Notes: generated from the sequence alone by a model not told the origin. DNA of 64,000 nucleotides from a virus (IMGVR_UViG_2597490289_000004:34317-98316), one strand, 5' to 3'. Shown: positions 10,330-20,909, numbered from the stretch's first letter. Numbers and translations are program-made.

Positions 10330-10428
10330 TTATAATATAATCAAAAGAATTTAATTGATGAAGCTATAACATCAATTAGGTTCTTTTTTTGTATTAAATA
10401 ATTATAAAAAATTATTAATTTTAAATTA

Positions 10429-10442
10429 GTAACATATGTTAC
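10429..10442. promoter_or_regulatory. Palindromic operator upstream of hcp (HcpR-type)
   Basis: Perfect palindrome GTAACATATGTTAC about 105 bp before hcp; fits GTAAC-N4-GTTAC recalled for clostridial HcpR. Confidence 0.6.
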
Positions 10443-10546
10443 AGAAAAAGTGAAAAGAATATAGTAGAATTTGAATTGTTAAAGTTAAGAAATAACAAAA
10501 AGAAATTAATAATTTTTATATAAAAAGAGAAATAGGAGGAAATAAT

Positions 10547-11476
10547 ATGTCAATGTTTTGTTATCAATGTCAAGAAACAGCAGGGTGCAAAGGCTGTACT
10601 AAAGTAGGTGTTTGTGGTAAAGACGAACATGTAGCAAAGGCGCAAGATTTATTAATATATGTAACTAAAGGACTAGCTATAGTAAGTAATGAGGGAAGAA
10701 AAGTTGGAGTTATAGATAGTAAAGTTGATAAATACATAACAGAAAATTTATTTACAACAATTACAAATGCTAATTTTGATAGAGATTCTATTTTAGATAG
10801 AGTAAGAGAAACTTTAAAATTAAGAGAAATTCTAAAAGCTAAAGTTATTAAAGCTGGTGGTAAAGTTGGAGAAGTAAAAGTAAGTGGTGGTTTCTTCAAA
10901 AAAATATTTGGAATGCAAACTACAGAGATGATAATGCCAGATGCAGCAACTTGGACAGCTGATAATATAATAGAATTTGATGTAAAGGCTGAAAAAGTTG
11001 GGGTACTTGCAACAGAAAATGAGGATATAAGAAGCTTAAGAGAACTTATAACTTATGGATTAAAAGGATTATCTGCTTATATGAAACATGCTATGAACTT
11101 AAAATATAACAATGAAGAAGTTCATGGATTTATGGCAAGAGCATTAGCAGCTACATTAGATGATAGTTTAACTGTTGATGATTTAGTTGCACTTGCATTA
11201 GAAGCTGGTAAATTTGGTGTAGATGGTATGGCATTACTTGATAAAGCTAATACTGAAAGTTATGGCCATCCTGAAATAACTACTGTAGATATTGGAGTTA
11301 GAACTAATCCAGGAATATTAATTTCAGGACATGATTTAAAAGATCTAGAGATGTTACTTAAACAAACAGAAGGAACTGGAGTAGATGTATATACTCATGG
11401 AGAAATGCTTGCTGGACAATACTACCCAAAATTCAAGAAATATAAACACTTTGCAGGAAATTATGGTAATGCATGA
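10547..11476 (+). pseudogene. hcp: Hybrid cluster protein (hydroxylamine reductase), 5' part interrupted by prophage
   Basis: MFCYQCQE...[22 protein letters not shown]; ends at GNYGNA* where the family continues with W residues; about half of normal length. Confidence 0.9.
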
Positions 11477-11496
11477 ATGACAAATGTAATACATAT
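11450..11496. other. attL junction of prophage
   Basis: hcp homology stops at GCATG|A (about 11475); integrase stop codon lies 20 bp further. Confidence 0.75.
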
Positions 11497-12962
11497 TAAA
11501 TAGTAATTTTATTTTTATATGGATCATATTGCAAATTAGTAAATATCAGTTTTAGAATTCTATTTTTCTCTTTTGTAGACTTTAACTTGTTAAATTCAAT
11601 TATTTTATTATAAATAAATTCTGAGCTAGTATCATTAGCTTTTTTTTGCATTTCTAAAAGTTTCTCAATTTCTATTTTGTTTTTTATTTCATTATTTCTT
11701 TGTGTAAGTTCCTCAATTTTTTCTATAAAAATTTTAGAGGCTTCAGTACTCAATAAAGCAACTTTTTCAACCAAACCATTTATTGCATTATTGTTTTTAT
11801 TAAGTTGTTTTTCTAAATTTGATATATTTGACTCTCTGCCTTCTTTGGGATCAGAAAATAATTTTTTAAATATATCTTTATTTTCTAGCTGTTTAAGGAA
11901 CTGAGATATTTTTTCTTCAAGTAAATCAGCTTTTATGTATTTCTTATTTTTACATTTCTCTTTTGATTTATCTATTCCAGTCTTGGTTCTGTTTATTCTA
12001 TTTTGACACACATAATATCTAACTTTATTTGATTGGGAAAGTTGATAATAACCTCCACAATAAGGGCATTTTAATACAGAAGATAAAAAATTAACTTCAC
12101 TTGTATTTTTAAATTGCTCTTTTCTTTCATCAAGTTGCATTTGCACTTTCAACCATATGTTTGAATCTAAAACACCAATATGCTTTCCGACAATAGCAAT
12201 AGGGGTATTATTTATTTTCCCATATGTCATATATCCACTTTTATTATCAACTTGCCCTATAACTTCATACCCCTTTGATTTTAAATAATTAGTTACTTCC
12301 TTGGAGGATTTTACATATATAGGGTTCCTTAAAACTTTTCTATACCCCTCCCTACTAATTGTGATTCCTTTTTCTTTTAAAAATTTGTATCCAAGAAATA
12401 AACTTCCATTATCTAAATATGAGTTGAAATATGAATGTATTAAATCAGAATCAATTATTTGTAAGCAACTTTTTTTGTTTTCTTTTATAATTTTACATCC
12501 CTTTGGAACAGTACCACCAGTATAATAACCTTTTCTAGCTAATTGCAACATATTATCTTTTACACGTTCAGCAATAGTTTCTCTTTCTAACTGTGCAAAC
12601 ACAGAAGCTATATAAATCATAGCTCTGCCCATTGGCGTGCTTGTATCAAATTGTTCTTTAATACTTATAAAAGTAACATTATACTTTTGTAACAATTCCA
12701 ATGTTGATGAAAAATCTGCTACATTTCTACTTATTCTATCTAGCCTATAGCAAATCAGTGCATCAAACTTATTCATTTTACATTCTAATATCAATCTTTT
12801 AAATGCTGGCCTATTTATATTTTTCCCTGAATAGCCTTCATCTTCGAATATTTCATATTCGTTATCACCTTTAAAATAGGTTTTGCATAAATTTATTTGA
12901 GTTTTTATACTTTCAGAGTTTTCAACATAAACAGATTTTCTTGTATATATAGCTATTCTCAT
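11496..12962 (-). CDS. Large serine integrase
   Basis: IAIYTRKS catalytic Ser, YRLDRISR, recombinase domain, CPYCG zinc ribbon, coiled coil. Confidence 0.95.
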   Translation of the reverse strand: MRIAIYTRKSVYVENSESIKTQINLCKTYFKGDNEYEIFEDEGYSGKNINRPAFKRLILECKMNKFDALICYRLDRISRNVADFSSTLELLQKYNVTFISIKEQFDTSTPMGRAMIYIASVFAQLERETIAERVKDNMLQLARKGYYTGGTVPKGCKIIKENKKSCLQIIDSDLIHSYFNSYLDNGSLFLGYKFLKEKGITISREGYRKVLRNPIYVKSSKEVTNYLKSKGYEVIGQVDNKSGYMTYGKINNTPIAIVGKHIGVLDSNIWLKVQMQLDERKEQFKNTSEVNFLSSVLKCPYCGGYYQLSQSNKVRYYVCQNRINRTKTGIDKSKEKCKNKKYIKADLLEEKISQFLKQLENKDIFKKLFSDPKEGRESNISNLEKQLNKNNNAINGLVEKVALLSTEASKIFIEKIEELTQRNNEIKNKIEIEKLLEMQKKANDTSSEFIYNKIIEFNKLKSTKEKNRILKLIFTNLQYDPYKNKITI

Positions 12963-13321
12963 TATTTTTTCCCTTTCTTTAAAATCTCAATTTCTGTTTT
13001 TACCATATTTAATATCATATCGTGTGTATTTTGGTCTATGTTATTTGAATCAGTGATTACTCCACTTTCAACTAAAAATTCTAAAAAGTTACTTACTAAA
13101 GTTTCTCTTTCAACTGTTGCAGTTTTCTCTGTAAGGCCTTCTAAATAGTCCATGCTTACATTGAAATATTGAGCAACCTTTTTTGTTAATTCTCTTCCAC
13201 CATCCTGTTGACTGCTTTCTATCATACCTATGAGGCTTCTAGATACTCCTAGCTCTTTTGCAAGCTGTTGTTGAGTTATATTATTTTCATTCCTTAATTT
13301 TTTTAATATATCTGCTTTCAT
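12962..13321 (-). CDS. CI-like repressor
   Basis: ITQQQLAKELGVSRSLIGMIE HTH; start moved to 13321 on RBS AAGGAG; divergent from Cro-like gene. Confidence 0.85.
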   Translation of the reverse strand: MKADILKKLRNENNITQQQLAKELGVSRSLIGMIESSQQDGGRELTKKVAQYFNVSMDYLEGLTEKTATVERETLVSNFLEFLVESGVITDSNNIDQNTHDMILNMVKTEIEILKKGKK

Positions 13322-13379
13322 TTTTACTAAAATCTCCTTATCACATAAAATCATATATAATGACCATAAACAAAATATT

Positions 13380-13556
13380 ATCACAAATAGTGACAAAATA
13401 AAAGAGAACATATATTCTAAAATGAAATAATTTGGATTAATTTTTATTAAATAAATGCTATAAAAGGTTAATTTTTCTAGGTCACTCTGTATGACTTTAT
13501 ATGACCTAATACGGGAAAATACAAGGGTTGAGAGATGTCACTTATTGTGACATAAT
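13380..13556. promoter_or_regulatory. Immunity region with three GTCAC-N5-GTGAC-type operators and rightward promoter
   Basis: ATCACAAATAGTGAC 13380, GTCACTCTGTATGAC 13481, ATGTCACTTATTGTGACAT 13535 between TTGAGA and CATAAT (17 bp). Confidence 0.7.
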
Positions 13557-13584
13557 AAAAACATCAGCTACGGGAGGTGAGTAG

Positions 13585-13815
13585 GTGTTTAAAGAACTAA
13601 GAAAGAAGACAGGCTATAGTACAGAACATGTAGCCAAATTATTAAAAATAAATAAATGGACACTTTATAAATTTGAAGAATATCATTTGTTGCCTTCAAT
13701 AAAAATTTTACTAGGAATGCGTGGAATTTACAACTGTTCTTATGAAGAAATTATGCAATCTTATGAATTTGCGAAAGGAGTTTATAATGAGAGACGAATT
13801 AACAAGACAAGTTAA
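13585..13815 (+). CDS. Cro-like HTH protein
   Basis: YSTEHVAKLLKINKWTLYKFE; RBS GGAGGTG. Confidence 0.8.
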   Translation: MFKELRKKTGYSTEHVAKLLKINKWTLYKFEEYHLLPSIKILLGMRGIYNCSYEEIMQSYEFAKGVYNERRINKTS

Positions 13816-14239
13816 AAATTTAGATTTAACAGAAATCAAAATGGTTTTTGGTAATGTTGAAAAAGTTCTACTTCAGCAAAAGATAATTAATAAATATGGA
13901 GAAAATTTAATTGTTAGAAATTCCTGATACTAAAAACTCAATTGTTTTAACAAAAAATCAATATCCAGATTTGCCTTTTGATGAAGTAGAAATAAATAAT
14001 CCAAAAGAATTTAAGGAAAAAATAAATCTTTATCATAAACTTATGGTTGAAGCTTATTATAGAGGAAGTTTTACAACAGAATCAGAATAAGAGGTCGCAG
14101 ACCAATAACTTAATTTAATTCTTAACATAACAATTTTAAAGACAAGCACATCTAAAGCTCAAAAAGCAATTACATCTAGTAATTTTCAGCTTAAGAGTAG
14201 TAGAAAGTAAATAACAAGCTAATTTAAGGAGGAGAATAT

Positions 14240-14992
14240 ATGGATAAAAAAGTTTTACAAGTATCTCAAATTGGAGATAAAACAAAATTATTTAAGGATA
14301 CAGAATTAAAATTCCGAGTTAGAACAATTCAAAATAATAATGGAAGTATTTTAGTTAGTGCTGAAGATACTGCTATTGGATTTGGATGGACAAAGACAGA
14401 GAATAAAGGAACTAAACAATATACATCTATTAGATGGGAAACAATTAATAACTATTGCAAGGATTTAGGCTTCGACAACAAGTTGGCGAAAGAAGATTAC
14501 ATTCCAGAAAGTCTATTTTATATGCTAGGAATGAAAGCGAATAATAAAGTAGCTCAAGATTTTCAAAGGTGGCTAGCAGTTGATGTAATACCTTCTATAA
14601 GAAAAACAGGAGCATACCAAATGCCTAAAATGTCAAAGGAGTTACAAGCAATATTTGCAATCGATGAAAGAACAGTTGAATTAGACAGCAGAATTACCAA
14701 ATTAGAAAATAATACAACAATAGATTATTCACAACAGGAAGAATTAAGAACTCTTGGAACTAAAAAAGTAGTTGCAATTTTAGGTGGAACAGATGCACCA
14801 GCATATAAAGAACTTAATAAGAAGGTATTCAGCAGTTTTTGGAGAGATTATAAAAGAAAACTTGAAGTTAATTCATATAAGAATACATTAGTAAAAGATT
14901 TTGAAACAGGAAAACAAGCTATCATAAATTGGTGTCCAAGCAAGGAAGTATCTTTTATGATTAGAGGTTGTAATGCTCAAATGAGAATGTAA
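14240..14992 (+). CDS. Phage antirepressor (BRO-N-like plus ORF6C)
   Basis: IPESLFY...FQRWLAVDVIPSIRKTGAY; ORF6C-like C-terminus. Confidence 0.85.
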   Translation: MDKKVLQVSQIGDKTKLFKDTELKFRVRTIQNNNGSILVSAEDTAIGFGWTKTENKGTKQYTSIRWETINNYCKDLGFDNKLAKEDYIPESLFYMLGMKANNKVAQDFQRWLAVDVIPSIRKTGAYQMPKMSKELQAIFAIDERTVELDSRITKLENNTTIDYSQQEELRTLGTKKVVAILGGTDAPAYKELNKKVFSSFWRDYKRKLEVNSYKNTLVKDFETGKQAIINWCPSKEVSFMIRGCNAQMRM

Positions 14993-15057
14993 GATAAGAG
15001 ACTTTATATTAAATCTTTTATCTTAACATAATAACAGAATTGTAAGGAGGAATAAAC

Positions 15058-15600
15058 ATGATACGAATAATTAACAATACATTATATCTAAATGATGGTA
15101 CTTTTTATAACTTAAGCAATACAAGTAAAAAAAGAGTTTTGCAAGGATTAAATTCTCAATTACAAGAAGGAAGTTTGACCAAAACTGAATATAATCAATG
15201 CCTAGAATTAATTTCAATGAGTAAAAAAGAAGAATTAAAAAGATTAGAGGAAGTATGTAAACCAGTAGTGGATTATTTAAAAAAGAATTATGATCCACAT
15301 TGCGCAGTAGTTATTACAGATAGTCAAATAAGATTAGTTAGAGATGAAATAGATATTCCAGTAGGAACTGCTCAAGAAGTACCAGTTCAAGAGCAGCCAA
15401 AAGTAACATTTGATTATTTTATAGATAAACCATCAAAAGTAATTTTAACTAATGATGAAGTCCTATATAAAAACTTAATAAAAAATTATAGAACTATTTA
15501 TATGTTTGGACCTGAACTTAATAAAGGTAATAATTCAGATCATACTTTATCAATTAGCACTAATGATTATCGTTTGGTTCAAATCCCGTTGGATAAATAG
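15058..15600 (+). CDS. Hypothetical phage protein
   Basis: RBS AAGGAGG; ORF only. Confidence 0.6.
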   Translation: MIRIINNTLYLNDGTFYNLSNTSKKRVLQGLNSQLQEGSLTKTEYNQCLELISMSKKEELKRLEEVCKPVVDYLKKNYDPHCAVVITDSQIRLVRDEIDIPVGTAQEVPVQEQPKVTFDYFIDKPSKVILTNDEVLYKNLIKNYRTIYMFGPELNKGNNSDHTLSISTNDYRLVQIPLDK

Positions 15601-15781
15601 GATTACCTTTTGATGATAACCAACCAAGTTGAGTGAATTGAACTTCATTTAAATTTAAATTACCTATAATATCCCATCCAACTTTAACAAATTCATTAAT
15701 ATGTTTATTAACACTAGATTTGTTAAGTTTAGTAGATTGGAAAATATGATAATTTAGATAACCTTCAACATTAGGAAACAT
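15560..15781 (-). CDS. Hypothetical moron on opposite strand
   Basis: RBS AGGGGGTG before MFPNVEGY. Confidence 0.5.
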   Translation of the reverse strand: MFPNVEGYLNYHIFQSTKLNKSSVNKHINEFVKVGWDIIGNLNLNEVQFTQLGWLSSKGNPIYPTGFEPNDNH

Positions 15782-15852
15782 AAAAACACCCCCTTTCAAC
15801 ATAATTTTACCATATGTTAGGGGAAATAAAAAATATTAGGAGGAATGTAAAA

Positions 15853-16107
15853 ATGAAATCAACAGGCATTGTAAGAAAAATGGACGAGTTAGGAAGGGTA
15901 GTAATACCAATGGAACTAAGAAGGAACTTAAATATTGCTGAAAAGGATGCATTAGAAATTTATGTAGAAGGAGATAACATAATTTTAAAAAAGTATACTC
16001 CTGGATGTTTTATCTGCCAAGAGATTGATAATTTGGTTATTATTCCGGATTCAAAAGTTAAGATTTGTCCAAAATGTTTAGCTAAATTAAGAAGTAAGCT
16101 ACTTTAA
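15853..16107 (+). CDS. abrB: AbrB-family transition-state regulator
   Basis: MKSTGIVRKMDELGRVVIPMELRR with C-terminal CxxC...CxxC. Confidence 0.9.
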   Translation: MKSTGIVRKMDELGRVVIPMELRRNLNIAEKDALEIYVEGDNIILKKYTPGCFICQEIDNLVIIPDSKVKICPKCLAKLRSKLL

Positions 16108-16496
16108 GGAGGATTAACATGGAAGATGTAAATTTGTATGTAAACTTGCTTTCTAAGAAGAGACATAAGGTATCTATTGTAAAGAGAATAGTAAAAAGGA
16201 TTTTAGGGTTATGAATAATCCAAGAAAGTTAAATAACAGACACAAAAGATTCTTAAGTGAACAGGGATATAATCCAAAAGATTTTTTAATAGTGAGTGAG
16301 GGATATGACTATTATACATTTTACAGTAAAACTATTAAGAAGGTATTTGATATGAGGAGGTAGTAATGGGGAAGTTAGCAGATTATGCAGAGCAATCAAA
16401 AGAAGTAGAAAGGTTAGTTCAAGATGAAAGATACAGCATAGAAGAAGCTTTAAAAATTGTAAAAGAAAAATATTCAAGCAAGGAGGAAGAAAGGCA

Positions 16497-16826
16497 ATGA
16501 AGGAGAACTGGTTTGCATTATACCTAGCTGTAGTTGGAGAAAAAAGTTTAGATACTGCTTTAGGAATAATGGGAATAAGACCTAAAAGAGAATATATTAA
16601 AAACTCCAATTTAAAGTTAGATAATAGCGCAGTTAAATTAATAGAATTTCTTAAACTAGAGCATACATGGGAAGAAATAGGAGAAATGTGTGGAGTTAAA
16701 GGAGATTATTTAAGAAACAAGGTTAAAAATTATAAAGCTACCAAGAACTCCGACCAAAGCGTTCCTAGTAGCACAGCAAAATTTTCAATTTCATTATACC
16801 ACAAAACTGGAGGTGTGCAATGGTAA
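16497..16826 (+). CDS. Hypothetical HTH-containing phage protein
   Basis: TWEEIGEMCGV helix-turn-helix-like segment. Confidence 0.55.
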   Translation: MKENWFALYLAVVGEKSLDTALGIMGIRPKREYIKNSNLKLDNSAVKLIEFLKLEHTWEEIGEMCGVKGDYLRNKVKNYKATKNSDQSVPSSTAKFSISLYHKTGGVQW

Positions 16827-17022
16827 GTATTAAAAGATTTGAACAAAAGTCAGCGATAGTTAATTCAATAGTTGAAGATATAGTACATGCCTTACCGGAC
16901 AACGAAATTGCTGAGGAGTTAGAAAATAATTTTGGTGAACTCTATAGTATGATTTTAGGTTTGTGTGAAACCTTAGGTGTATTAAATTCAGATATTGAGA
17001 AATAAATAAGGAGGATTTTATT

Positions 17023-17535
17023 ATGGAAAATACATTATTAAAACAATATTTGCAAGAAGAAAGAAGAGAAAGTTTTAAAATAGAAAATTTAGAAGGTGCT
17101 ACATGGGCTTTTAGAAAATTAAGAGCTATTGGAACTAAGAAAGCAGAAGTTGAAGCTGTAGCAGCCGAGGAAATTGCACGAATCGAAGCTTGGAAGCAAG
17201 AACAGCTAAAACAATATGATGATGATACAGAGTTCTTTGAAGGTTGCATAAGCGTTTATTTTGTAGAAGAAAGAGCAAAGGATAAAAAGTTTAAATTATC
17301 TACACCGTATGGAAAAGTAAGTAGTAGAAAATCTAAGAAGTGGATTTATGAAGATGAAGCAGCACTTAAGGAATATGTAAAGGAAAATGAAATAGAAGCT
17401 ATTAGAGTTAAAGAGGAACTTGATAAAACAGTTCTTAAAAAGATATGCAAAGATGGAGTTAATACTGAAACTGGTGAAATACTTCCAGGAGTAAGAATTG
17501 AAGAAACTGAGACTATTGAAGTTAAAGCAGAATAG
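17023..17535 (+). CDS. Mu Gam-like host-nuclease inhibitor
   Basis: Coiled coil then LSTPYGKVSSRK and TGEILPGV; next to annealase. Confidence 0.75.
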   Translation: MENTLLKQYLQEERRESFKIENLEGATWAFRKLRAIGTKKAEVEAVAAEEIARIEAWKQEQLKQYDDDTEFFEGCISVYFVEERAKDKKFKLSTPYGKVSSRKSKKWIYEDEAALKEYVKENEIEAIRVKEELDKTVLKKICKDGVNTETGEILPGVRIEETETIEVKAE

Positions 17536-17550
17536 AGAGGTGAGAATTTA

Positions 17551-18117
17551 ATGGAGCTAACAAATCAAGTAAATAATAATAATTCAGATTTATGGAAATC
17601 TTTTATAGAATTTCAAAAAGACTTTAAAGGAATGCAACCAGATGCAACAAATCCCTTTTTTAAGTCATCATATATAACTTTAGATGGGATTTTAGAAACT
17701 GTAAGACCATTATTAGCTAAACATGGACTTGCAGTACTACAAGAAGCAAAGGGAGTAGATGGTTCAGTAACGATAAAAACAAGACTAGTTCATGAAAGCG
17801 GACAATATTATGAAACAGACATTTTAGAAATGAAACCTCAGAAAGCTAATGATCCCCAACAAATGGGTTCATGTATAACTTATTCAAAAAGGTATCAATT
17901 GGCAGCATTACTTGGAATTTGTGAAAGTGTAGATGATGATGGGAATACAGCCACATATGGCAATGGCAAATCACCTAATTCTAATAAAAATGATAATTCA
18001 GCAAAATCATATAAATGTGTATCATGTGGAAATGAAGTCACAGAAAAGGTGGCCAAGTTCAGTTATTCAAAGCATAAGAAAATACTTTGTATGGATTGTC
18101 AAAAGAAAGAAAAATAA
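17551..18117 (+). CDS. ERF-family ssDNA annealing protein
   Basis: NPFFKSSY, PQQMGSCITYSKRYQLAALLGI, DDDG; C-terminal zinc finger. Confidence 0.9.
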   Translation: MELTNQVNNNNSDLWKSFIEFQKDFKGMQPDATNPFFKSSYITLDGILETVRPLLAKHGLAVLQEAKGVDGSVTIKTRLVHESGQYYETDILEMKPQKANDPQQMGSCITYSKRYQLAALLGICESVDDDGNTATYGNGKSPNSNKNDNSAKSYKCVSCGNEVTEKVAKFSYSKHKKILCMDCQKKEK

Positions 18118-18128
18118 AGGGTGATTAA

Positions 18129-18998
18129 ATGGCACAAAGAAGGATGTTTAGTCTAAAAGTAATTGATACAGATATGTTTTTAGATATGCCACAATCAGCA
18201 AGGCTATTATATTACGACCTTTCTATGAGAGCAGATGATGATGGATTTGTAGCTTCACCTAAGAAGATACAAAGAATGATAGGATGCTCAGATGATGATT
18301 TCAAGATATTAATAGCTAAGAGATTCTTAATTCCATTTGAGAGTGGTGTATGTGTTATAAAGCATTGGAGAATACACAATTATATTCGTGCAGATAGGTA
18401 CGTAGAAACTATTTATAAAGATGAAAAACAAGAGTTAATTGAAGAAAATGGACAATATGAAGTTATACAAAAAGCTAATGACATACCAAATGTCATACCA
18501 ACGGTTTCCAATTTGTCAACGCAAATGGATACACAGGTTAGGTTAGGTAAGGTTAGGTTAGAGTTAGGTAAGGATAGTATAGATAATACAACTAAAGTTG
18601 TAAGTAGTACTAAAGTACAACCCATAACATCAAAATGGAATGAATTAGGCTTACAAAAGCTTATTTCTATAAATAAAGGTACTAATAGATACAAATTACT
18701 TCAAGCGAGAATTAAAGAGTATGGAGAGGAAAAGGTATTACAAGCTATAGAGAACATTAAAGATAGTAGTTTCTTAAAAGGTCAGAACGGTAAAAGCTGG
18801 ACAATAACTTTTGATTGGCTAATAAAACCTAATAATTTTGTAAAAGTTCTTGAAGGAAATTACAAAGACAAAGAAATACAGTCTCAGCAACCAAATAAAA
18901 ATAGAAAGTCATCATTAAGGTTTGACAATTTTGAAGCAAGGGATTATGACTATGATTCCTTAGAAAAGAAATTATTAGGATGGGATGAAAGTAATTAA
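18129..18998 (+). CDS. Phage replication initiator/replisome organiser
   Basis: MAQRRMFS...ADDDGF N-terminus; FDWLIKPNNFVKVLEGNY C-terminus. Confidence 0.85.
   Translation: MAQRRMFSLKVIDTDMFLDMPQSARLLYYDLSMRADDDGFVASPKKIQRMIGCSDDDFKILIAKRFLIPFESGVCVIKHWRIHNYIRADRYVETIYKDEKQELIEENGQYEVIQKANDIPNVIPTVSNLSTQMDTQVRLGKVRLELGKDSIDNTTKVVSSTKVQPITSKWNELGLQKLISINKGTNRYKLLQARIKEYGEEKVLQAIENIKDSSFLKGQNGKSWTITFDWLIKPNNFVKVLEGNYKDKEIQSQQPNKNRKSSLRFDNFEARDYDYDSLEKKLLGWDESN
18535..18573 (+). repeat. AGGTT/AGGTA pentamer repeats inside initiator gene (probable ori)
   Basis: caggttaggttaggtaaggttaggttagagttaggtaagg. Confidence 0.6.
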
Positions 18999-19022
18999 AA
19001 ATTATAGATTGAGGTGATTAAT

Positions 19023-19172
19023 TTGAAATTTAAAGAGCTTAAGTCAGATTGCAATAAAGTTGATGTATTAATAAACAAGTGGTTAAAGGAAAATCCAAGC
19101 GTAAAAGTTATGGATGTTAATTATACAGCTAACAATTTTGGAAGTCATGTGTTAATTAGTTATGAGGAGTAA
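19023..19172 (+). CDS. 49-aa hypothetical protein
   Basis: TTG start with RBS GAGGTG; MKFKELKSDCNKVDVLINKWLKENP... Confidence 0.6.
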   Translation: MKFKELKSDCNKVDVLINKWLKENPSVKVMDVNYTANNFGSHVLISYEE

Positions 19173-19196
19173 TTCATTATTGTCAGATATTGTGAA
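19173..19196. repeat. 24-bp 9-6-9 boundary site (type example)
   Basis: TTCATTATT-GTCAGA-TATTGTGAA directly after a stop codon; relatives at 19562, 19636, 21538, 21768, 22034, 27284, 27544, 51191, 52408. Confidence 0.6.
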
Positions 19197-19213
19197 GTGA
19201 AGGAGATGTTTTT

Positions 19214-19561
19214 ATGAAAAATAAACATGCAGGTATGATTAAAGGGTTTACTCAATTATCAAAAGCATGGTATGGAGAACCAAGTTTAAGAGGTGCTGAT
19301 TATATAGACTCAGTACATTTTGGGTTCTATGGCACAGAAGGCGGAACAACTGGCGAAGTTTCGGTTAAGTGGATAAACCTAAGTGGTAAAATAGTACCAC
19401 AATTAACTATTTTTAGTGACACTTGGAGTGCTTTATCTCAATTTCATGATTTAATTGATTTATTAGGTAAACATGATAATGAAGACCCTACTCCAGAGCA
19501 ATTTTGTAAATTTTTATTACACTGTGGCTTTGTAGATAGGACTGAAACTGTTAGAAGTTAA
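19214..19561 (+). CDS. Hypothetical protein
   Basis: RBS AAGGAG; flanked by boundary sites. Confidence 0.7.
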   Translation: MKNKHAGMIKGFTQLSKAWYGEPSLRGADYIDSVHFGFYGTEGGTTGEVSVKWINLSGKIVPQLTIFSDTWSALSQFHDLIDLLGKHDNEDPTPEQFCKFLLHCGFVDRTETVRS

Positions 19562-19654
19562 TTCGTAATGTGTAAATATTAAATAGTTTTTGTAAGCTTA
19601 AAATAATTGGAAATGTATATCAAAATTCAGAATTATTAAAGTAAGTCAGAAAGG

Positions 19655-20425
19655 GTGAAGAATGTGGAAATTAATAATGAAATAAAAGAAATATTTAAAG
19701 ATCATAAAGCACACTTTAGAGATTTAGGAGAAGTTCAAATATTAGATTGGAAAATAGATAATACGTTTTGTTGCTCTATAAGATATATTTTTGATAGCGA
19801 CAAACTATATATTTCAGGTGATTATGGTTGTGCTGTTTACTGGTTGACATGGAATGGAACACCACAAAGTTTTAAAGGTATTAATTTAGGATATTTTTAT
19901 GAAAAGAATGCAGCACATGAATATGATGAATATGAATTTAATGATAAGAAAGCTAGAGAAGATATAGAAGATTACTTAAGCTTTATGTTTGAAGATTATG
20001 AAAATGCAAAAGAAGGTCATGAGGAAGAAATAAAAGATATTGAAAAAGAAATAGCTGAATTAGACAGAGGAGATTATGATTCAGATGAAGATTTTCAAGA
20101 TGCTAAAGAAAATTTAAGACAGGATATTGACTATTATAAAGCTTTAATACAAGAAGAATATATAGCAGAAGAAATCGAAAAGAAAGAACGTATAAAGCAG
20201 GATTTATTAAATTTAGTTAATGAATCTTCTAGTTTAAGCCAATGGAATTACTATGTAGCAGAATCTAATGTAACTGATGATTTGCAAGAGTATGATTATG
20301 ATTATTGGGAATGGATAAGTGAAGTTGGAAAAGCAATACCAGAAAGAGCAGAGCTGCATTTAGCTGGATTAATAATGGCAGCAGAGCAATTAGAAGAAAT
20401 TGAGGTAAAGAATTATGAAGTTTAA
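19655..20425 (+). CDS. Hypothetical acidic phage protein
   Basis: LYISGDYGCAVY motif; long ORF. Confidence 0.7.
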   Translation: MKNVEINNEIKEIFKDHKAHFRDLGEVQILDWKIDNTFCCSIRYIFDSDKLYISGDYGCAVYWLTWNGTPQSFKGINLGYFYEKNAAHEYDEYEFNDKKAREDIEDYLSFMFEDYENAKEGHEEEIKDIEKEIAELDRGDYDSDEDFQDAKENLRQDIDYYKALIQEEYIAEEIEKKERIKQDLLNLVNESSSLSQWNYYVAESNVTDDLQEYDYDYWEWISEVGKAIPERAELHLAGLIMAAEQLEEIEVKNYEV

Positions 20426-20660
20426 AATTGAAGTAGATGAAACAAGAAGTTTTAGACATGAATTTGTAGTTGAAGCAGAGAATGCAGATAAATTAGATTC
20501 TATTTTAGATAAGATTGAATCTGAAAGAATGCTTGGAATAAATGATTATGAGTGCCTATTAGAAGAAAATGGATTAAAAATTATAGAAAGTGTAAGAGAT
20601 GAAGATGGAGATCTTGGAGAAATTGAATGTACTGATATAGAGGATTTTGAAGAAGATTAG
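20415..20660 (+). CDS. Small acidic hypothetical protein
   Basis: RBS GAGG; very D/E-rich. Confidence 0.65.
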   Translation: MKFKIEVDETRSFRHEFVVEAENADKLDSILDKIESERMLGINDYECLLEENGLKIIESVRDEDGDLGEIECTDIEDFEED

Positions 20661-20675
20661 AAAGGGTGAAAGAAG

Positions 20676-20909
20676 TTGAAGTTAAAAGACTTAAGATGTG
20701 TTTTGAGTTCACAAATGGTTGATATAAACTTAGATTTTTTGGACACTAGAACTTTTGTACAAGAAGATTATTCAGAAGATAATGAGTATTTAGGACAAGA
20801 TGAAAGTGAAAGCATGTGGGATTTATATGGAGAAAAAGAAGTAGAACAAATATATGCTGAAGATTCGGAACGTATAAATATAGATTTAGGGGGAGAAGTC
20901 AATGAGTAA
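20676..20909 (+). CDS. Small acidic hypothetical protein
   Basis: RBS AAGGGTG; D/E-rich. Confidence 0.6.
   Translation: MKLKDLRCVLSSQMVDINLDFLDTRTFVQEDYSEDNEYLGQDESESMWDLYGEKEVEQIYAEDSERINIDLGGEVNE

Noticed and set aside
11474-11503. hcp TGA as recoded Trp/Sec readthrough
   Set aside because: Downstream codons (MTNVIHIK*) are not Hcp-like and run into the integrase end; this is an insertion junction
18535-18573. Telomere-like TTAGG repeats
   Set aside because: In-frame within the initiator gene (VRLGKVRL); typical of origin repeats in such genes
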